This document shows, piece after piece, positions 24,741 to 28,508 of a DNA stretch of 28,508 nt. The DNA is from an uncultured Streptomycetaceae bacterium (GTDB taxonomy: Bacteria > Pseudomonadota > Gammaproteobacteria > Burkholderiales > SG8-41): the NCBI GenBank assembly GCA_964621335.1, contig CAZULX010000442.1, positions 1 through 28,508 on the forward strand, given 5' to 3'. The position numbers were made by a program, and so were the translations under genes. The notes beneath the pieces are model-generated. The model made no database searches. It saw only the letters and a list, made by a program, of their open reading frames with translations, and was not told where the DNA came from. Within the stretch, counting starts at the first letter, position 1; every line of letters starts with the position of its first letter.

Positions 24741-26336
24741 TTACGTGGGGATGTTCCCCGCGATCTGCTGCATCTTGATCACCACGAACTCGGCCGGCTT
24801 GAGCGGCGCGAAACCCACGACGATGTTCACGATGCCGAGATTGATGTCGGTCTGCGTCGTCGTCTCGCGATCGCATTTCACGAAATACGCCTCCCGCGGG
24901 GATGTGCCCTGGAACGCGCCCTGGCGGAAGAGGTTCTGGAGAAAAGCGCCGATGTTCAGCCGGATCTGTGCCCACAGCGGCTCGTCGTTCGGCTCGAACA
25001 CGACCCATTGCGTCCCGCGGTAGAGGCTCTCCTCCAGAAACAGCGCCATTCGCCGCACCGCGAGGTACTTCCATTCGCTTGCGAGGCTGTCGGCGCCTTT
25101 TAACGTGCGTGCGCCCCACACGACAGGCCCGGTGTTCGGGAAGTTGCGCAGGCAGTTGACGCCAAGCTGGTTGATCGCACCGTTCTCGAGATCGGTGAGA
25201 TTCACGTCGAGGCCCAGCACTCCGGTCAGAGTGGCGTCCACTCCCGCAGGCGATTTCCACACACCCCGCGCTGCATCGGTGCGGGCGAATACACCGGCTA
25301 CGGCGCCGGCGGGCGCCCACGATTCAGGCCGGTTCTCGTTCAGCGGATTCGCCGCGCGGATTCGCGGAAAGAACAGCGCCGCGTTTTCGCTCCGCGAAGC
25401 CAAGCTGGTGATCGCGTTCGTGGCAGTGACATCGGACATTTCATCCCAGCCGCTTGTGTTGAACGGCGGATCCACAAGCACCATCGCCCGGCGCTCTTTC
25501 GCATACGCGACCGCAGCGTCCCACGTGGTCTTGTCGACATCGGCAGTCGGGGAGAACGGCGAGATGCAAAGCAGGTTGAAGAGATCGGCTTTCTCCAGCG
25601 CAAAAAGGCCTTTCTTCGCGGCGCGCAGCCCCGGGTCCGAGATCTGGGTTGCGTCCACTGGGCTGCCGTTGTCGGCGTCGGTGGAGACGCTGGTCGCGCT
25701 GGGCTGGTCGAACGGGTCGGGCGCGGTCGAGGGCGCAGCCGCATTGGGCGTCGGCAGCCCGCTCAGTGTGGCCGTCGGCCCGCGCAGCAGCTTGCTGCTC
25801 TGCTTCAGCACTTCGCCCACGAAGCGCGGCTGGCCTTGAGTAATCGAAACGTTCAGGTGGGTTTCAGTGACACCGGTGGCGAGATCCTTCACGCGCAGGT
25901 TGAACAACGTGTTGGCTGGATGCAGCGCGGCCACTGCCGGATCGATGTCGGTATCGATGCGCAAGCGCAAGCGAGCAGCCCACGCGCCGGGGTTCGCCGC
26001 CGTGAACGTCGCGTTGCCGCCGCCCGCGAGCCCTACACTGGCCGTGCCCGGCTTCGCACCGTCGTGCACGCGCACGATCAATGCGTCGGATCCGCCGTTC
26101 AAAAAGTAGTGGTAGACGGCGAACGACATCGGGCTTTCGGCCCATAACCCTCCGAAGATGCGCTCGTACTCGGCGAAGCTGAAAATGCGTACCGGATTTT
26201 TCTCGTCCTCGTCGGCGGGGCCGCGCAGGGCGCGACCCACGAATGCCGTGATCGAAGTCCCCACGCCGGTGATCGTGCGCACGCCGCTCGGAATTTCTTC
26301 GATATAGACGCCGGGGTAGGAAAGGGCAACTGGCAT
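24741..26336 (-). CDS. Contractile phage tail sheath protein (Afp2/3/4-type)
   Basis: YPGVYIEEIPSGVRTITGVGTSITAFVG, GVWKSPAG, VVWGARTL, WKYLAVRR, WVVFEPNDEPLWAQIR, FAPLKPAEFVVI. Confidence 0.96.
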   Translation of the reverse strand: MPVALSYPGVYIEEIPSGVRTITGVGTSITAFVGRALRGPADEDEKNPVRIFSFAEYERIFGGLWAESPMSFAVYHYFLNGGSDALIVRVHDGAKPGTASVGLAGGGNATFTAANPGAWAARLRLRIDTDIDPAVAALHPANTLFNLRVKDLATGVTETHLNVSITQGQPRFVGEVLKQSSKLLRGPTATLSGLPTPNAAAPSTAPDPFDQPSATSVSTDADNGSPVDATQISDPGLRAAKKGLFALEKADLFNLLCISPFSPTADVDKTTWDAAVAYAKERRAMVLVDPPFNTSGWDEMSDVTATNAITSLASRSENAALFFPRIRAANPLNENRPESWAPAGAVAGVFARTDAARGVWKSPAGVDATLTGVLGLDVNLTDLENGAINQLGVNCLRNFPNTGPVVWGARTLKGADSLASEWKYLAVRRMALFLEESLYRGTQWVVFEPNDEPLWAQIRLNIGAFLQNLFRQGAFQGTSPREAYFVKCDRETTTQTDINLGIVNIVVGFAPLKPAEFVVIKMQQIAGNIPT

Positions 26337-26401
26337 CGCTCAAGCTCCTGGTCAGTTAGTAGTCCCGGGCTTCACGCAGCACGGACGAATTCCGCGCGTG
26401 C

Positions 26402-26653
26402 TCATGACCTGACGTCTTTCTTCCTGCGCTCGTAAATGACCGTCCCGTCGCGCAGCGTGTATCGCGCGACGTTTCCCCGCTCGATCAGCCGTTCCATCGC
26501 ACAGCGGACATCGCTCAGCCACTGCGCGTCGGCGTTTCCCGACAGCCACCATGTTGCGACTCCTTCCAGTGTGTCGGCAGCATTCGGATGCTTGTTCAGA
26601 TAGTCGCGAATCGTCTCCGCGAGCGCGTCAATACGCGCGTCGTCAGCATCCAT
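26402..26653 (-). CDS. Small winged helix-turn-helix protein; first gene of the operon
   Basis: Start ATG 26653 with AGGAGG RBS (83 aa). IRDYLNKHPNAADTLEGVATWWL...VRCAMERLIERGNVARYTLRDGTVIY. Confidence 0.75.
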   Translation of the reverse strand: MDADDARIDALAETIRDYLNKHPNAADTLEGVATWWLSGNADAQWLSDVRCAMERLIERGNVARYTLRDGTVIYERRKKDVRS

Positions 26654-26700
26654 GCTCCTCCTGATGAGAAGACGATGAGCCGCTCGTGCGCGAGCCTTGC

Positions 26701-26716
26701 GCAAGAGTCGTGCCGG
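26701..26716 (-). promoter_or_regulatory. Sigma-54 (-24/-12) promoter for the eCIS operon
   Basis: Minus strand CCGGCACGACTCTTGC, i.e. GG-N10-GC, close to the consensus TGGCACG-N4-TTGC. 48 bp upstream of the wHTH start codon and next to a bEBP gene. Confidence 0.88.
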
Positions 26717-26773
26717 AGCACGCAGCAGCAGAAGCTGTTTTAAAAACGAAGGGTTGCGGCGTCAGGCGCGGTG

Positions 26774-26797
26774 AACCGGGTCCACTTCAACCCGGTT
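26774..26797. promoter_or_regulatory. Palindrome, candidate upstream activator sequence 1
   Basis: AACCGGGT-N8-ACCCGGTT with perfect 8-bp arms, centred about -97 from the predicted start site. Confidence 0.6.
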
Positions 26798-26820
26798 GAG
26801 GTGCGTCGAACTTCGTCCAG

Positions 26821-26840
26821 GTGGGTCGGTGATGACCCAC
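26821..26840. promoter_or_regulatory. Palindrome, candidate upstream activator sequence 2
   Basis: GTGGGTC-N6-GACCCAC with perfect 7-bp arms. Same GGGT-N8-ACCC core as site 1, 45 bp away, centred about -142. Confidence 0.6.
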
Positions 26841-26852
26841 GTTCGCGAGACG

Positions 26853-27857
26853 CTAAGGCTGCCCCGCATGGGCGTCTTTGATCAGCCCGTGTTTCTTCAT
26901 GAGCTTGCCGAACGCTCGCCGCTCTTTTCCGCTCGAACGAGCCGCAGCAGAAACGTTGCCTCCCGCTTCGAGCAGCGCGCGCTGTATGAAAGAGCGTTCG
27001 AACTCCCGGACGGCGGCTGCTTTTGCACGCTGGAAATCCTGCTCATCGTGCTTCGTGTATGAAGGCAAATGCACGCTCGACCGTTCCGTAACTGCGGAAA
27101 GCGACGGCTGCACGAGTTCAACCGCTGTCCGTCCCTGGCTCTGCACCACTGCCCGGTGCACCAGGTTTTCCAGCTCACGCACGTTTCCGGGCCACGCATA
27201 GCCTCGCATCCAGGCAAGATCCGTGTCTGTAAGACGCTGCTCTTTCAACTGGTACTGCCTGCCGTAAATGCGCAGGAAATGATGGGCGAGCAGCTCTGCG
27301 TCGCCAGGACGCTCACGCAATGCGGGCAGCGAAAGCGAAAGTATGTTCAGCCGATAGAACAAGTCGGCACGGAACTGCTTCTGCGCCACGCTCTGTTCGA
27401 GTCTAGCGTTCGTGGCGGCGATGACTCGCACGTCCGCGACTTGGTCGCGTGCCGCGCCCAGAGGGCGATAGCGAAAGTCCTGCAGAAAACGCAGGAGCGC
27501 GACCTGACCTCGTGGCGGGAGCGCATCGACCTCGTCGAGAAAAAGCGTGCCGCCTTGCGCCTGCGCGATGAGGCCCTGCTGCGGTCCTCGCGCATCCGTG
27601 TAAGCGCCGCGGAGATGACCGAAGAATTCGTTCTCGATTAGGCTTTCGGGCAACGCGCCGCAGTTCGCGGGGATGAACGGCATCGCGCTGCGCGCGCCGT
27701 AGTAGTGCATCGCCCGCGCGACGAGCTCCTTCCCCGTTCCGGTTTCACCTTCAACCAGCACCGGCGCGTCGGTGCGAGCGATTGCTGTAACCTGGGAGAG
27801 AACTTCGCGAAATCGCGGCGCTTCGCCAACGAGCTTGGCGGCAGGATCGAACTCCAT
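26853..27857 (-). CDS. Sigma-54-dependent enhancer-binding protein (AAA+ plus Fis HTH) lacking an N-terminal sensor domain
   Basis: GETGTGKE, NCGALPESLIENEFFGH, GAYTDA loop, GGTLFLDEV, FRADLFYRL, WPGNVRELEN, GNVSAAAR HTH. AGGAGG RBS before ATG 27857. Confidence 0.95.
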   Translation of the reverse strand: MEFDPAAKLVGEAPRFREVLSQVTAIARTDAPVLVEGETGTGKELVARAMHYYGARSAMPFIPANCGALPESLIENEFFGHLRGAYTDARGPQQGLIAQAQGGTLFLDEVDALPPRGQVALLRFLQDFRYRPLGAARDQVADVRVIAATNARLEQSVAQKQFRADLFYRLNILSLSLPALRERPGDAELLAHHFLRIYGRQYQLKEQRLTDTDLAWMRGYAWPGNVRELENLVHRAVVQSQGRTAVELVQPSLSAVTERSSVHLPSYTKHDEQDFQRAKAAAVREFERSFIQRALLEAGGNVSAAARSSGKERRAFGKLMKKHGLIKDAHAGQP

Positions 27858-27979
27858 GGCGCCTCCTGGGACAACTGACGCTTGAGAGCCTTTTTGAGCT
27901 GCTACCGCTGGAGTCTAGAGCGCGATGCGTGTGAGGCCGTCGCACCTCATGGTCGCGCGACTGAAGTAGCTCACGCGAC

Positions 27980-28009
27980 ACTATAAAGAAGGATAACCGA
28001 GAGCGTCAA
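27980..28009 (-). promoter_or_regulatory. Candidate sigma-70 promoter for the bEBP gene
   Basis: TTGACG (28009-28004), N18, TATAGT (27985-27980); each box 5/6 to consensus. Confidence 0.55.
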
Positions 28010-28363
28010 TGTGCGGCAGATTCAGCGTCAGCGATGTCGCTGGGCACCGACACTCATCGGAAAACATGACATCGAAGCGTGCCCAGTTCAGCATGACATC
28101 GGACCAGCGAGCGTCGTGACGGTTCTATTTGCGCTTATCCGCACCATCGCTCTTAGCGGGGTGCGAAGCGTCGCCAGTCAGCCCCGGCTCAGGTGCAGGA
28201 TGCGCTCCGCGGGGACTCGCTCAGCTTGTGGAGTCGAAGGGTCTCTCAGCTCGGCAGTGAACTGGTTAATCTTGTCTACAACGCATGCTCAGCTACGCCT
28301 TCGCTAGCAGGCGTGCCTTGCCGCCATACTTCTGACGCAGCCGATATCCTTACGGATGAATGA

Positions 28364-28508
28364 CTACCGTTCCGGGGCGATCAGATCCGGCGCATTATTT
28401 TTCGGCGTGTTGACGCGCGTGCTCACCGGATAGCACTGAAGCATCTCGACAGGCGGCGGCTTTAGCAGGTCCTTCGGATCATCCGCCTCCAGCCACGTCC
28501 GATAGTCG
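28364..28508 (-). CDS. SOS response-associated peptidase (SRAP/YedK family), C-terminal fragment
   Basis: Manual translation DYRTWLEADDPKDLLKPPPVEMLQCYPVSTRVNTPKNNAPDLIAPER*. WL...LL.P...YPVS.RVN.P.NN is the SRAP C-terminal signature. Not in the ORF track because it is partial. Confidence 0.75.
   Translation of the reverse strand, partial: DYRTWLEADDPKDLLKPPPVEMLQCYPVSTRVNTPKNNAPDLIAPER

Noticed and set aside
1029-26336. Interpretation as a prophage remnant or a T6SS
   Set aside because: No head, packaging, integrase or replication genes; no TssJ/L/M, TssK or ClpV. DUF4255, Pvc15-like ATPase and DUF4157 are eCIS markers.
28011-28307. 98-aa plus-strand ORF in the intergenic region
   Set aside because: GTG start, no clear RBS, no recognisable motif; overlaps the probable regulatory region.
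28305-28320. GGCACG-containing sequence on the minus strand resembling a second sigma-54 promoter
   Set aside because: Spacing is GG-N11-GC with no TTGC; sigma-54 needs GG-N10-GC.
1-28508. CRISPR arrays, tRNA, rRNA or long tandem DNA repeats
   Set aside because: None seen by eye; non-coding space is limited to short spacers, the 26654-26852 promoter region and 27858-28363.

Overview
Almost the whole window is one minus-strand operon (26653 to 1029) encoding an extracellular contractile injection system (eCIS, Afp/PVC-like) in a visibly GC-rich bacterium. Gene order: small winged-HTH protein, sheath, gp19 tube, CxxC hub/chaperone-like protein, low-complexity protein, DUF4255/Pvc16-like terminator, AAA+ ATPase, an 83-aa protein, a three-gene putative cargo cassette, CIS tube protein, LysM-like protein, gp27-like hub, short gp5/VgrG spike, PAAR-like tip, gp25, two baseplate-J proteins, a P2 tail-I-like wedge protein, a DUF6519/beta-helix fibre-like protein and a LysM-like helical protein. 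The cassette holds a DUF4157-OmpA-like protein, a HExxH protein and an Ig-fold partner. Upstream is what looks like a complete sigma-54 module: a near-consensus -24/-12 promoter, two GGGT-N8-ACCC palindromes at enhancer distance, and an enhancer-binding protein with no N-terminal sensor domain, preceded by a sigma-70-like promoter. The left edge carries an IS5-family (IS427-group) element with an amber-disrupted transposase and a LysR gene with an early amber stop. The right edge is the 3' end of a SRAP-family gene. All family assignments come from motif recognition by eye; no searches were run.
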